This document shows positions 1 to 14,598 of a DNA stretch of 64,000 bases, one piece after another. The notes under the pieces were generated by a model. That model was given only the letters and a program-made list of their open reading frames with translations, did not search any database and was not told where the DNA came from. Position 1 is the first letter of the stretch. Each line of letters begins with the position of its first letter. Made by a program: the position numbers and the translations under genes. The DNA is from Eledone cirrhosa (lineage: Eukaryota), in contig OZ024742.1 of assembly GCA_964016885.1 (NCBI GenBank), forward strand, positions 183,892,001 to 183,956,000, in the 5' to 3' direction.

Positions 1-34
1 GGCATGGCAAAGTCGATAAAATCGATCCATTATT

Positions 35-177
35 TGACTGCTACTTCATTTTATCGAGCTCGAATGAATGAACGGCGAAGTTGGACTCGGCGCAATTTGA
101 ACTCAGAACGTAGAAAGTTGTAACTAAATACCGCAAAGTATTTTACCCGATGCTCAAACGATTCTGCCAATCCGGCG
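35..177 (-). mobile_element. Degenerate tRNA-derived SINE (Meta-domain-like)
   Basis: Reverse complement reads ggattggcagaatcgtt...ttctgagttcaaattgcgccgagtcc...gataaaatgaagtagcagt, similar to the younger SINE copies in this window. Confidence 0.7.
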
Positions 178-542
178 TCATAATAACAATAATAAGAACT
201 ACAACAGCAACAACAAAACAGCAGCAGCAGCATTTTCACAAGGCAACAAATTTGCAAGGGATCGCTATAGTTTAATGGATGAACATGTTCTCGTTGATAG
301 CATATGATATTTTATTGATTTTGAATAGATGAAAGAAAAAACTGAACTCCTTGAACTCAGAGTGTAAAAAAACTTTACTAATTAACACATGACTAAGTGT
401 TCAGCACTCCACCGTTTATAGAATACTACCAGCCTTAATTGCAACAACAAAAAGGAAAGGAGCCGATTATCAGATCGAACCATTGGTCTTTCTTTTGCTC
501 TTACTATCTGTCGGTAGCAACTTCTGGGGAATAAGTGTGTGT

Positions 543-587
<45 letters not shown>

Positions 588-1194
588 TGAATGCGTGTAT
601 GCGAGAGAGAGAGAGAGAGAGAGAGAGGCGGGGGCTGATCATCAGATCAAACCAAGGAGACAATGTTTCCAAATTAATCTTTCATTGCTTATACTAACTG
701 CTTGATGCAACTCCTGCCAGAAATTGCAACAATATAAATTATACCAATATTAATTAAAATCATGAGGAGGGCATCTTGTCTATGGAAGGAGTCCCTTGAG
801 GTTAAATGGCTGAGTACTGCTAACTGGTCTCCATGGTAATGCTATCGCCATCTTGTCCGCGGGGTCTTACTGAGATATATAGATTGCTAATTCAACCTTT
901 CTATCCCCTCCTTTTTTTTCTTTTTTATTTCCCACTTCCTGTTTGTAAATATTATTATATATAATTGAATGGGGAATTTTGAATCAATAAAATGTTTCCG
1001 CTATGAAAGTGTGGTGAAGAACCTTGCCACGACCCTAATAATTATGATAAAGACATGGATATCGATGTTGAATAGTGTTATTGGACGCCGTCTAGTAAGG
1101 ATTAGTCCCTAGTTATACTTGCTGATTCAAATAGGGCTGAGGTTAAATAGCCTTTCATCGTTTCGAGGTCGAGAAAAAGTACCAGTGTACCACC

Positions 1195-1245
<51 letters not shown>

Positions 1246-1280
1246 TCTCTCTCTCTCTCCTCATGAAAAAAATGTAGTGT

Positions 1281-4170
1281 TCAGCCACAGAGAGGAATGA
1301 GCTCCACCAGATTAAACTACTCAAGTAACGCCAAATTCAGCCATAGAAAGGAGATGGGCTCCACCAGATTAAACTACTCAAGTAACACCAAATTCAGCCA
1401 TAGAGTGGAGATGGACTCCACCAGGTTTAAACTACTCAAGTAACGCCAAATTCAGCCATAGAGAGGAGATGGACTCCACCAGGTTTAAACTACTCAAGTA
1501 ACGCCAAATTCAGCCATAGAGAGGAGATGGACTCCATCAGGTTTAAACTACTCAAGTAACGTCAAATTCAGCCAAAGAGAGGAGATGGGCTCCACCAGGT
1601 TTAAACTACTCAAGTAACGCCAAATTCAGCCATAGAGAGGAGATGGACTCCATCAGGTTTAAACTACTCAAGTAACGCCAAATTCAGCCAAAGAGAGGAG
1701 ATGGACTCCATCAGGTTTAAACTACTCAAGTAACGTCAAATTCAGCCATAGAGAGGAGATGGACTCCACCAGGTTTAAACTACTCAAGTAACAGCCATAG
1801 AGAGGAGATGGGCTCCACCAGGTTTAAACTACTCAAGTAACGCCAAATTCAGCCACAGAGAGGAGATGGACTCCACCAGGTTTAAACTACTCAAGTAACA
1901 GCCATAGAGAGGAGATGGGCTCCACCAGGTTTAAACTACTCAAGTAACGCCAAATTCAGCCACAGAGAGGAGATGGACTCCACCAGGTTTAAACTACTCA
2001 AGTAACAGCCATAGAGAGGAGATGGGCTCCACCAGGTTTAAACTACTCAAGTAACGCCAAATTCAGCCATAGAGTGGAGATGGACTCCACCAGGTTTAAA
2101 CTACTCAAGTAACAGCCATAGAGAGGAGATGGGCTCCACCAGGTTTAAACTACTCAAGTAACGCCAAATTCAGCCATAGAGTGGAGATGGACTCCACCAG
2201 GTTTAAACTACTCAAGTAACGTCAAATTCAGCCAAAGAGAGGAGATGGGCTCCACCAGGTTTAAACTACTCAAGTAACGCCAAATTCAGCCATAGAGAGG
2301 AGATGGACTCCATCAGGTTTAAACTACTCAAGTAACGCCAAATTCAGCCATAGAGAGGAGATGGACTCCATCAGGTTTAAACTACTCAAGTAACAGCAAA
2401 TTCAGCCATAGAGTGGAGATAGACTCCACGAGGGTTAAACTACTCAAGTAACGCCAAATTCAGCCATAGAGAGGAGATGGGCTCCACCAGGTTTAAACTA
2501 CTCAAGTAACGCCAAATTCAGCCACAGAGTGGAGATGGACTCCACCAGGTTTAAACTACTCAAGTAACAGCCATAGAGAGGAGATGGGCTCCACCAGGTT
2601 TAAACTACTCAAGTAACGCCAAATTCAGCCACAGAGAGGAGATGGACTCCACCAGGTTTAAACTACTCAAGTAACAGCCATAGAGAGGAGATGGGCTCCA
2701 CCAGATTTAAACTACTCAAGTAACGCCAAATTCAGCCACAGAGAGGAGATGGACTCCACCAGGTTTAAACTACTCAAGTAACAGCCATAGAGAGGAGATG
2801 GGCTCCACCAGGTTTAAACTACTCAAGTAACGCCAAATTCAGCCATAGAGTGGGGATGGGCTCCGCCAGGTTTAAACTACTCAAATAACGCCAAATTCAG
2901 CCACAGAGAGGAGAGGGGCTCCACCATTTTTAAACTACTCAAGTAACGCCAAATTCAGCCATAGAGTGAAGAGGGGCTCCACCAGGTTTAAATTACTCAA
3001 CTAACGCCAAATTCAGTCATAGAGTGGAGAAGATGGGCTCCACCAGGTTTAAACTACGCAAGTAACGCTAAATTCAGCCATAGAGAGGAGATGGACTCCA
3101 CCAGGTTTAAACTACTCAAGTAACGTGAAATTCAGCCATAGAGAGGAGATGGACTCCACCAGGTTTAAACTACTCAAGTAACGTCAAATTCAGCCATAGA
3201 GAGGAGATGGACTCCACCAGGTTTAAACTACTCAAGTAACGTCAAATTCAGCAATAGAGAGGAGATGGACTCCACCAGGTTTAAACTACTCAAGTGACGT
3301 CAAATTCAGCCACAGAGAGGAGATGGACTCCACCAGGTTTAAACTACTCAAGTAACGTCAAATTTAACAATAGAGAGGAGATGGACTCCACCAGGTTTAA
3401 ACTACTCAAGTAACGTCAAATTTAGCAATAGAGAGGAGATGGACTCCACCAGGTTTAAACTACTCAAGTAACGTCAAATTCAGCCATAGAATGGATATGG
3501 ACTCCGCCAGGTTTAAACTACTCAAGTAACGCCAAATTCAGGAATAGAGTGGAGAGGGGTTCCATCAGGTTTAAACTACTCAAATAACGCCAAATTCAGC
3601 CATAGAGAGGAGATGGACTCCACCAGATTAAACTACTCAAGTAACACCAAATTCAGCTACAGAGAGGAAATGGACCCCACCAGGTTTAAACTACTCAAGT
3701 AACGTCAAATTCAGCCATGGAGAGGAGATGGACTCCACCAGGTTTAAACTACTCAAGTAACGTGAAATTCAGCCATAGAGAGGAGATGGACTCCACCAGG
3801 TTTAAACTACTCAAGTAACGTGAAATTCGGCCATAGAGAGGAGATGGACTCCACCAGGTTTAAACTACTCAAGTAACGTCAAATTCAGCCATAGAGAGGA
3901 GATGGACTCCACCAGGTTTAAACTACTCAAGTAACGTCAAATTCAGCCACAGAGAGGAGATGGACTCCACCAGGTTTAAACTACTCAAGTAACGTCAAAT
4001 TCAGCCACAGAGAGGAGATGGACTCCACCAGGTTTAAACTACTCAAGTAACGTCAAATTCAGCCATAGAGAGGAGATGGACTCCACCAGGTTTAAACTAC
4101 TCAAGTAACGCCAAATTCAGCCATAGAGAGGTGATGGACTCCACCAGGTTTAAACTACTCAAGTAACGCC
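1281..4170. repeat. 58-bp satellite array (~50 units) with 49-bp deletion variants
   Basis: Unit agccatagagaggagatggactccaccaggtttaaactactcaagtaacgccaaattc repeats head-to-tail; variants lack gccaaattc. Confidence 0.98.
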
Positions 4171-4440
4171 ATATGTCATGACAGTTCCACTACGACTCAA
4201 ATAGGAGTTACGGATCAATACATAGATAAACATTTCTATAAGACTGTGATCCTTTAAAGTTCGGTAATGTGCCTCCCCCACGTAGGTGCCTTATGAACAT
4301 AATTGCTTACGTAACTGAATTCAACGTTATGTTATGTATGTAATGATGGATGTGCTTATGCATGTATATACATATGTACGTATGTATGAACTGACGTACG
4401 TATTTGCGTATATATACGTATGTATGTATGTATGTATGTA

Positions 4441-4825
4441 TGTCAAGGCAGAATTCTAGGAGAAGGAAAACTCTGATATAACACCTGCAACCCTGATGGT
4501 ATCCAATGATGTTGACTTGTTCTTCTTTTTGGTAAATATCATCTTGGTTAATAGAGTGGGACTGGCTTTGTGCAGTGCCTTTGCTCACTATAAAAGCTTC
4601 ACGGCAAAGGCATTGTTTATATCTGGAGATCTCTCTGCACTTGTCCTCACATGGTACCATGGGCCCAGCACTATGTGTCAATAATTGTCACAGGTGTAGT
4701 GTTTGTACCAGAGTTTTCAATGCGCTGGCTGGACTAAACAGTGACACTCGTTCAGCGCATCGGTAGGCGTTTTCCTACATGGATATAAAGTAGTGGCCGT
4801 ACTCGAAAACGAGTTGGCAGCCACC
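4441..4825 (+). mobile_element. 5'-truncated copy of a non-autonomous LINE-derived element with (TATG)n tail
   Basis: Highly similar inverted copy of 5786-6171; contains ctaggagaaggaaaactctga (resembles RTE-clade 5'UTR motif); ends gcagccacc(atgt)n. Confidence 0.7.
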
Positions 4826-5482
4826 ATGTATGTATGTATGTTTGTATGTATGTATGTATGTATGTATGTATGTATGTATGTATGCATATATGTATTTATG
4901 CATGCGCAAATATACGCATATACGTACGTATGTATGTATGTATGTACAGATGTACATATGTATGTATATATGTATATATATATATATATGTATGTATGTA
5001 TGTACGTATGTATGTATGTATATATGTATGTATGTATTTATACATGTATATATGCATGTATGCATATATGTATGTACGTATGTATATATGTATGTATGTA
5101 AATATGTACGCATGTATATATGTATGTATGTATGTACATATGTATGTATGTATGTATATATGTATGTATGTATTTATACATGTATGTATGCATGTATGTA
5201 TGCATGTATGCATATATGTATGTATGTATGTACGTATGTATATATGTATGTACGTATGTACATATGTATGTACGTATGTACATATGTATGTACATATTTA
5301 TGTATGTATGTATTTATACATGTATGTATGCATGTATGCATATATGTATGTGTGTACGTATGTATACATGTATGTATGTATGTATGTAAATATGTACGCA
5401 TGTATGTATGTATGTAAATATGTACGCATGTATGTATGTAAATATGTACGCATGTATGTATGTATGTAAATATGTACGTATG

Positions 5483-5516
<34 letters not shown>

Positions 5517-5620
5517 TGTATGTATGTATGTATGTATGTATTTATGCATGCGCGAATATACGTATATACGTACGTATGTATGTATGTACAGATGTACATA
5601 TGTATGTATGTATATATGTA

Positions 5621-5656
<36 letters not shown>

Positions 5657-5785
5657 TGTATGTATGTATGTATGTATGTATACATACATACATACATACA
5701 TGTATAAATACATACATACATAAATATGTACATACATATGTACATACGTACATACATATGTACATACGTACATACATATATACAT
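4826..5785. repeat. Compound (TATG)n/(CATA)n microsatellite
   Basis: Direct reading; polarity switches near 5680. Confidence 0.95.
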
Positions 5786-6393
5786 GGTGGCTGCCAACTC
5801 GTTTTCGAGTACGGCCACTACTTTATATCCATGTAGGAGAACCCCTACCGATGCGCTGAACGAGTGTGACTTTTTAGTCCAGTCAGCGACTTGAAAACTC
5901 TGGTACAAACACTACACTTGTGACAATTATTGACACATAGTGCTGGGCCCATGGTACCATGTGACGGCAAGTGCAGAGAGATCTCCAGATATAAAGCAAT
6001 GCCTGTGCCGTGAAGCTTTTATAGTGAGCAAAGGCACTGCACAAAGCCAGTCCCACTCTCTTAACCAAGATGATATTTACCAAAAAGAAGAACAAGTCAA
6101 CATCATTGGATACCATCAGGGTTGCAGGTGTTATATCAGAGTTTTCCTTCTCCTAGAATTCTGCCTTGACAAAGGCTAAGGGGTCATCTCTCCCAGTGAT
6201 TTTGGATGGCCATTGACTCTTAAGAGCTCCTTTGCCCTTTGACAGGTTTTGTTTTTAGTCCTGCAGGATGTCCAAAGTCACCCTCCTCACCAAGAAACCT
6301 TAGTGGGGTTGCCAGTTTAGTCGCCAACGACCCGACCATGAGACAGGTTGTACTGGGATACATGTTACCAGTAGCACCAAGTGGTGACCTGAC
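5786..6393 (-). mobile_element. Longer (~610 bp) copy of the same non-autonomous element within (CATA)n
   Basis: Inverted match to 4441-4825 plus ~220 bp extra 5' sequence; flanked both sides by TATG/CATA repeats; no convincing ORF. Confidence 0.7.
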
Positions 6394-6580
6394 ATATATA
6401 CATACGTACATACATACATACATATATGCATACATGCATACATACATGTATAAATACATACATACATACATACGTACATACATACATACATACATACATA
6501 CATACATACATACATACATACATACATACATACATACATGCATACATATGTACATATATATGTACATCTGTACATATGTA

Positions 6581-6616
<36 letters not shown>

Positions 6617-6982
6617 TGTATGTATGTACGTATGTATGTACATTCGTATGTGTGTACGTACGACTTAGGTATGTATGTACATATGTGCGAATGTATGTAT
6701 CCAGGTATTATGCAGGTAAGTACGCATGTAGGTTAGATAGGTGAGAAAGTAGGTAGGTAGGTAGGTTGATAGGTAGGTTGATATGTAAGTGGGTAGTTGG
6801 GTTAGGGTTAGGGTTAGGTTGGTAGGAAGGTTGATAGGTAGGTATGCATGCAGGTAGGAATGTTCGTAGGTAGGTAAGTAGGTAGGTAGGTTGAGGGGTA
6901 GTTGGGTGTATAGATAGGTATGTGTGTATGTAGGTAAGTAGGATTGATATGTTGGTAAGGATATAGACAGGAATGTGACTAA

Positions 6983-7342
<360 letters not shown>

Positions 7343-7721
7343 GTTCTTTTTTTCAAATACCACTTTGGAAGAAGAATCAGGATGGAGAGAGAGGTGCTGT
7401 ACCCCAGCAAGTTTTATTAAAGGTGGGTGAAAGTGGCGAGAATGGCCCGAGTGAATGGGCCTTCTCTCCATATCAGCCTGTAGGTTGAGGAAAAAGAGGA
7501 GGAGAGGAAAGGAGTACAAACTCTTCGTACTCCTGGAGATGAGGATTGCACATTTTTACGGGGTTATGTGTTACACATATGAACTGTATCCCTCTATTGG
7601 GGAAAACGACTAATTTTTTAAATTGCATTTGTGATAATATTTTACACGTTTTTATTGTATGTAAACTTCCCCCTTTGTATTTGTCCCCTTCTTTTGTGCC
7701 CCTGTGGCTAATAAAGAAACA

Positions 7722-7722
<1 letters not shown>
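7343..7722 (+). mobile_element. 3' end of an L1/Tx1-like LINE inside (TATC)n
   Basis: 7349-7483 translates FFKYHFGRRIRMEREVLYPSKFY*RWVKVARMARVNGPSLHISL*, resembling Tx1 ORF2 C-termini; 3'UTR with AATAAA at 7710. Confidence 0.5.
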
Positions 7723-7784
<62 letters not shown>

Positions 7785-7917
7785 ATGTATAGACAGATGT
7801 ATTCCGTGAATTAGAAATGTATATATCACTTATATATTATTATTAAGTCTTAATTTTAAACAATCACTCGAGAAGTAATATATATATATATATATATACA
7901 CATATGATCAAATATTC

Positions 7918-8094
<177 letters not shown>

Positions 8095-8266
8095 CACTGA
8101 AAAAAAAGAGAATCAGCGTTGCGACGAATGGAATTTATGGATATTTAACAATCGTTTCTCTGGCGACCAGCTCGAGGCACGATCGATGTGATGGTCGAAC
8201 TGCTCTATGAGAGCATCGAGTGCTCAAACGGCCTACCGCATACGGACGCTTTAAGCATCCAACACC

Positions 8267-8317
<51 letters not shown>

Positions 8318-8606
8318 CGCAGGCATGGTTGTGTGGAATACTTTGTACACGACAACTGGTGAAGGCGGTTGTGAAGGCGGGTGTGTATATAAATAAATAA
8401 ATAAATAAATATATATATATGTGTGTATGCGCGCGTGTGTGTGTGTGTGTGTGTCTACGTTAAAGTACAGTTCGATAACAGAAATATCAAGCATGAAATA
8501 AATAAGTGCTGTGATCGATATGATCAAATAAACCACGGTGGTGCCCAGGTCAAATGACTGAAATCAATACATCATATTAACTATATATCTATCTATCTAT
8601 CTATCT

Positions 8607-8764
8607 AAGGCGGGTAAAATTCCCGAGATCCATGGACGAGTTCTCTCCAGCGGTCTCTGTCCCTCATTATCGCTGCCATATCCTGCATCTCCAACAGACC
8701 AGTGTCTGTCCTTAGGGCATCAACATATGTTAACCTTGGTCTTCCTCTTCTAGTGTGTCCATGT
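8607..8764 (-). mobile_element. RTE/RTEX LINE 3' fragment
   Basis: Inverted copy of 10517-10675. Confidence 0.8.
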
Positions 8765-8841
8765 ATATATGTGTGTGTATGTGTGTGTGTGCGCGCGCGC
8801 GTTATGTGTATATATTATATATGTATATATATATATATATA

Positions 8842-8900
<59 letters not shown>

Positions 8901-8902
<2 letters not shown>

Positions 8903-9084
8903 CGAAGGAAATGTGGTAAGGAACGAGATGGACCATAACGCACCAAAGTACTCAATACTTAGGGTAGTAGAGTGGGTAATAGGAACGAGTAGGACCCCGA
9001 CAGCTGAGCTCAAGCCGTTTCGACGGCTAATTCTGAATTAGCCGTCGAAACGGCTTGAGCTCAGCCGTCGGGGTCCTACTCGTT

Positions 9085-9086
<2 letters not shown>
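8901..9086. mobile_element. Family A (TA)n-flanked fold-back element with 3' half of a hammerhead
   Basis: Palindrome centred ~9034; gtcGAAACGGCttgagctcaGCCGTC-ggggtcc gives GAAA, stem III ACGGC/GCCGU and a GUC site. Confidence 0.75.
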
Positions 9087-9124
<38 letters not shown>

Positions 9125-9127
<3 letters not shown>

Positions 9128-9790
9128 GGTGGACTCTCTCGTTGCTGACTGCTGATGAGGGTTCAGCAAATATTACATGCTATGTACACCCTCGGACCCT
9201 AACTCTCCTCATGAGACATAATTTTATGTCCGCAAGCAACAGATCGCGATGCTTCCGTCCGACGGCCTCAAAATCTGCTTGTTGGCTCTATGCAAGGCGA
9301 CCTCCCTCCTCGACAACATGCAGCCCATGATTCAACATCCATACCACAGCGCTCAATGTTGCCCTTTAGTTTATCCTTAAACCGGAGTAAGGTGAACCAT
9401 CTCCGCGTTTCGCATGTGTTAGCTGACCAGACAATAGCTGCTGGCAAACATCATTCATCAAGATGACCAACCCTTCTCAGGTTTGTTTTGATTAAGATTG
9501 CCCCCATACCGTCTATACTGCAGAGTTCAAGGACCTCACTTTTTTCTGATCTTGATGTCACAGATTCCTCACAGGCATCGCATGTTATACCGAATCTAAT
9601 GTGTTTGTCATACGTAGCCGATGCCCCAGCAGCATAGAGAATTGTGGTAAGTACAACAGCTATATAAATTCCAAAGTTCACCCACAAACAATTGTATCAT
9701 TTCAATCCCATAAACTGTGATACAGTTTACCAAATGTAAAGCTGGTCTTTGCAGTTCGGTTCTCTACTTCCTTGTCCATTTTTGTATAAT
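9125..9790 (-). pseudogene. Decayed RTE (BovB-like) LINE ORF C-terminus
   Basis: IYIAVVLTTILYAA...EVLELCSIDGMGAILIKTNLRRVGHL and LRFKDKLKGNIERCG match RTE post-RT motifs; frameshifted. Confidence 0.8.
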
Positions 9791-9796
9791 TATATA

Positions 9797-9969
9797 TGGT
9801 GGATTGGCAATATCGGTAGTGGGTCGGACGCCATGCTTTGAAGCATAGAGTTACCTCCCTTTATGATCCCGCCGAGGTTAACTTTGCTTTTCATCCTTAC
9901 GGGGTCGATAAAATAAAGTACCAGTAATGCACTGGGATAATGGCTGGCCTTGTGCCAAAAGTAGAAACA

Positions 9970-9970
<1 letters not shown>
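9797..9970 (+). mobile_element. Young tRNA-derived SINE (Meta-domain-like), ~190-bp family
   Basis: ggtggattggca..tcggtag...cccgccgaggttaactttgc..ttcatccttacggggtcgataaaataaagtaccagt...gtagaaaca; many copies in window. Confidence 0.85.
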
Positions 9971-10036
<66 letters not shown>

Positions 10037-10126
10037 AAAGAGTTAGGAACCCGACTGCTGAGCTACGGCCGTTTCGGCAGCTGGTTCCTTACCATACTTC
10101 CTTCGTTATATATATATATATATATA

Positions 10127-10395
10127 GTGAAAACTGGAACGGGAACAAAGACAGAGAGGCAGTACAAACAAAGGTTTATTAGTTTGACGCTCTTGAGAGT
10201 AGGGGCATTTCGGGCATAAGGCATATGCCTTTCGGGCATAAGCCCTTCTTCAGGAGAAAAGAGGGTGGGAAGAAGTGGTGGAGGGACATTTAGAAAAAAA
10301 AAGGGGGGGGGGAGAAAAGGGAGGAAAAACGGTGGAAGGGTTACAAATAAAGATAATAAACATAATGATAAACAAGTGGTGGAAGGATGTGGGGC
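10127..10395 (-). mobile_element. Family C PLE-like terminal fragment with hammerhead-like core
   Basis: Minus strand CTGAAGA-a-gggc-ttat-gccc-GAAA at 10230-10253; homologous to 27880-28108 and 33870-34062. Confidence 0.65.
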
Positions 10396-10676
10396 GTATG
10401 TACGGGAGCCTGCCAAAAGTCAGCTCAAAAGTGACACAGAGGAGACTGAGGTTAGCTGGACATGTTCACCGACATCCAGAGATGACATTGCACTCAGTGC
10501 TCCTGCGGGAGCCCCTACATGGACACTCTGGAAGAGGAAGACCAAGGTTAACGTATGTTGATGCCCTGAGGACAGACACAGGTATGTTGGAGACGCAGGA
10601 CATGGCAGCGATAATGAGGGACAGAGACCGCTGGAGAGAACTCGTCCATGGATCTCGGGAATTTTACCCGCCCTAG
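10396..10676 (+). pseudogene. RTE/RTEX LINE ORF C-terminal fragment
   Basis: [48 protein letters not shown], the characteristic RTE/RTEX C-terminus. Confidence 0.85.
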
Positions 10677-10766
10677 AATATGTGAAACTAATACCTTTTG
10701 TAACTTGTACTCCTGCGTTGTTGTTGTTTTTTACTTTCATATATATGTGTATATATATATATATAA

Positions 10767-10853
<87 letters not shown>

Positions 10854-11263
10854 TATATATGCACATATATATATATATATGCATGTACATATATGTGTTT
10901 GTATGTGTATGTATATATATACATATATATACATGTATATATATATACACACATACACATATACATATGTAGACACACACATAATATATATATATATATA
11001 TATATATACATACATATATATGCATATATATAAATGTATGTATATATTTATATATATATATATATATACACACATAATTTTCTCCTAGTTTTCCTCCTCA
11101 ATGAACTATTTGACATCATTCAATCAACACAGAACTACGGTTATACACACGAGTATATATATATATGATATATGATATAAATAAACAACAGACTATCATG
11201 TGAAACTGGTGGCAAAATATATACGCATGTATATGTTTACATGTATTTTCCATAGTATATATG

Positions 11264-11349
<86 letters not shown>

Positions 11350-11351
11350 TG

Positions 11352-11391
<40 letters not shown>

Positions 11392-11717
11392 TAGAGCAAA
11401 ATAAATGTAGGTCAGTCACACTCGAGAAAGATGCCTTCAGAGCTGTTAAAATTACGATATGGCTCTTGTTCGGTACTTGTAAAAACAGCAAAAACAACAT
11501 AAAGTTCCTCAGCTTTTACATTACTTGTTAAAACTTATTCTGTTCAAACATTATACGAGAGAGAGACGGCGAGGCGGAGGTTTCTGTTTCTGTTATATAT
11601 GTACACATCTATGTGAGTGTATGTGTATGTATATGTGTGTGTATGTATGTGTATAGACAAGTGTATATATATATATATATATGTATATGTGTGTGTATGT
11701 ATGTGTATAGACAAGTG

Positions 11718-11752
<35 letters not shown>

Positions 11753-11837
11753 GTATATATATATATATACATATATATATATGTATATGTGTGTGTGTGT
11801 ATGTATATGTGTGTGTATGTATGTGTATAGACAAGTG

Positions 11838-11914
<77 letters not shown>

Positions 11915-11917
11915 ATA

Positions 11918-11999
<82 letters not shown>

Positions 12000-12090
12000 A
12001 AAGATCGATCGAGTTTCGTCAAATCGGCCCGAGGAAACAATGTTTCCGTTGGTCTTTCCAGTTGGTAGTACTATCTATCGCAACTCCAGG

Positions 12091-12121
<31 letters not shown>

Positions 12122-12137
12122 GTATATATATATACAT

Positions 12138-12170
<33 letters not shown>

Positions 12171-12278
12171 TCTTCCTGCTATTTCAAGCCTTAAACTAAT
12201 ATATTTCTTCCATTTACTGTGTCGTTTGTTTTGTTATTTTTTTTTCCTTAACCTTTCACACACACACACACACACACA

Positions 12279-12335
<57 letters not shown>

Positions 12336-13224
12336 CAATATGGAAAAATAACAATTATGTTAAATCAGTTTAACTGAAATGTAGTCATCACAACACAAAT
12401 TACCATAATAAAATTTGTTTCTACTTTTGGCACAAGGCCAGCAAATTACTCAGTACATTACTGGTACTTTATTTTCGTTAGGATGATAGACAAAGTCAAC
12501 CTCGGCGGCTACCATAATAGTAATATTAGTCTATATATAATAGTCGAGAAAATCGAGTAAAGTACGCCTGAGGATGCGGTGCCTGCAAGTAAACAAACTG
12601 TTAACGTAGCTTACTGGTGAGGGTGTTTGTATTGCGATCGTAAGGACGGGAGTTCGAGACCATCCGACTTGTTATTTCACATTTCTTCAGTCCACTCAGC
12701 TGGCAAAACTGAGTTGTACCTGTCATTCTATGTGCCAGCCTTGTCACACTTTGAGTCACGCCATGTGTACACATGTCTGAAGAATGCCCGGCCACTTGCA
12801 CGTCAATTTCATAGGCCAATCACCTGGAACACTCATAGTCTGAACACACACACACACACATACACATATATATATATATTTATATATACTATACATGATG
12901 TTTTCAAATGAATTGAGCACTCAATGTCAACAAACCCCCTTCCACAAATATATATTATATATATATATGGGAGGGGGGTGTGTGTGTGTGTGTATATGCG
13001 TGTGTGTGTGTGTGTACGTGTCTATGTAAACAAAATGAGAGACAGTCGACTTGGTGGCGAAAATGTTATATATCTGCAGTTAACAGAACCTTTTTACAAC
13101 AAACGCACACACATATACATATATATATATACACACATACATACATAATATAACATAGAGTGGTGGTGTGAAGAGAGTAATTTTGTATTTAGTAGACATG
13201 AGCTAACCAAAATAACTATTACCC

Positions 13225-13630
<406 letters not shown>

Positions 13631-13909
13631 AACATCAGCAGCCACGTACATAAACATGCATAAATTAACATCTTTTTACGCAAAGCACGAACGCACACAC
13701 ATACACATATATAGTACTGGAGATACAAGCTCACATATACATAAATATAGACATGGTACTGTAAATACAAATATATATATATATATATATATATTTATAC
13801 ATGTCTGTGTGTGTGTTATATTTGTGCAATATATACATATACTGTTAAATCAGTCCTGTGAATAATTAGCAAATACTACAGAGCCACTGCTTGGCGCCTG
13901 TCATGATAA

Positions 13910-13972
<63 letters not shown>

Positions 13973-14039
13973 TTATCTGCCTACCTGTCTGTGTACATGT
14001 TTTGTGTATATCTATATGTCTTTCCATCTTACATTATAT

Positions 14040-14350
14040 ATTCGATCTGAGTTCAAATCCCGCCGAGGTTGACTTTGCCTTTCATCCTTACGGGGTCGAT
14101 AAAAATAAAGTACCAGTAATACACTGGGATAATTGCTGGCCTTGTGCCTAAAGTAGAAACAATTATATATTGCAGCGGTGGATTGGCAGTATCGGTAGAG
14201 GGTCTGACGCCATGCTTTCCAGCATAGTTACATCCCTTAACGATCTGAGTTCAAATCCCGCCGAGGTTGACTTTGCCTTTCATCCCTACGGGGTCGATAA
14301 AAGTAATGCACTGGGTAATTGCTGGCCTTGTGCCAAAAAGTAGAAACAAT
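14040..14350 (+). mobile_element. Two tandem young SINE copies (one 5'-truncated, one full)
   Basis: Same consensus as 9797-9970; B-box-like gagttcaaatccc. Confidence 0.85.
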
Positions 14351-14389
14351 TATATATATATGTTGTGTGTGTGTGTGGGAGTGTAGTTG

Positions 14390-14441
<52 letters not shown>

Positions 14442-14517
14442 CCCCACTCTCCAGAGCGTGAAATTAATAAACATTCGTTGTACTGCCTCTCTGTTTTGTT
14501 CCTGTTCAAATTTTTCC

Positions 14518-14598
<81 letters not shown>

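Noticed and set aside
1281-4170. Regular array resembling CRISPR
   Set aside because: No unique spacers and no cas genes; simple head-to-tail satellite in eukaryotic DNA
6799-6818. (TTAGGG)3 telomere-like repeat
   Set aside because: Very short and embedded in a degenerate (TAGG)n tract; likely chance
10275-10395. N-terminal part of the 133-aa ORF
   Set aside because: Comes from the antisense family C element abutting the RTE fragment; chimeric, not a real protein start
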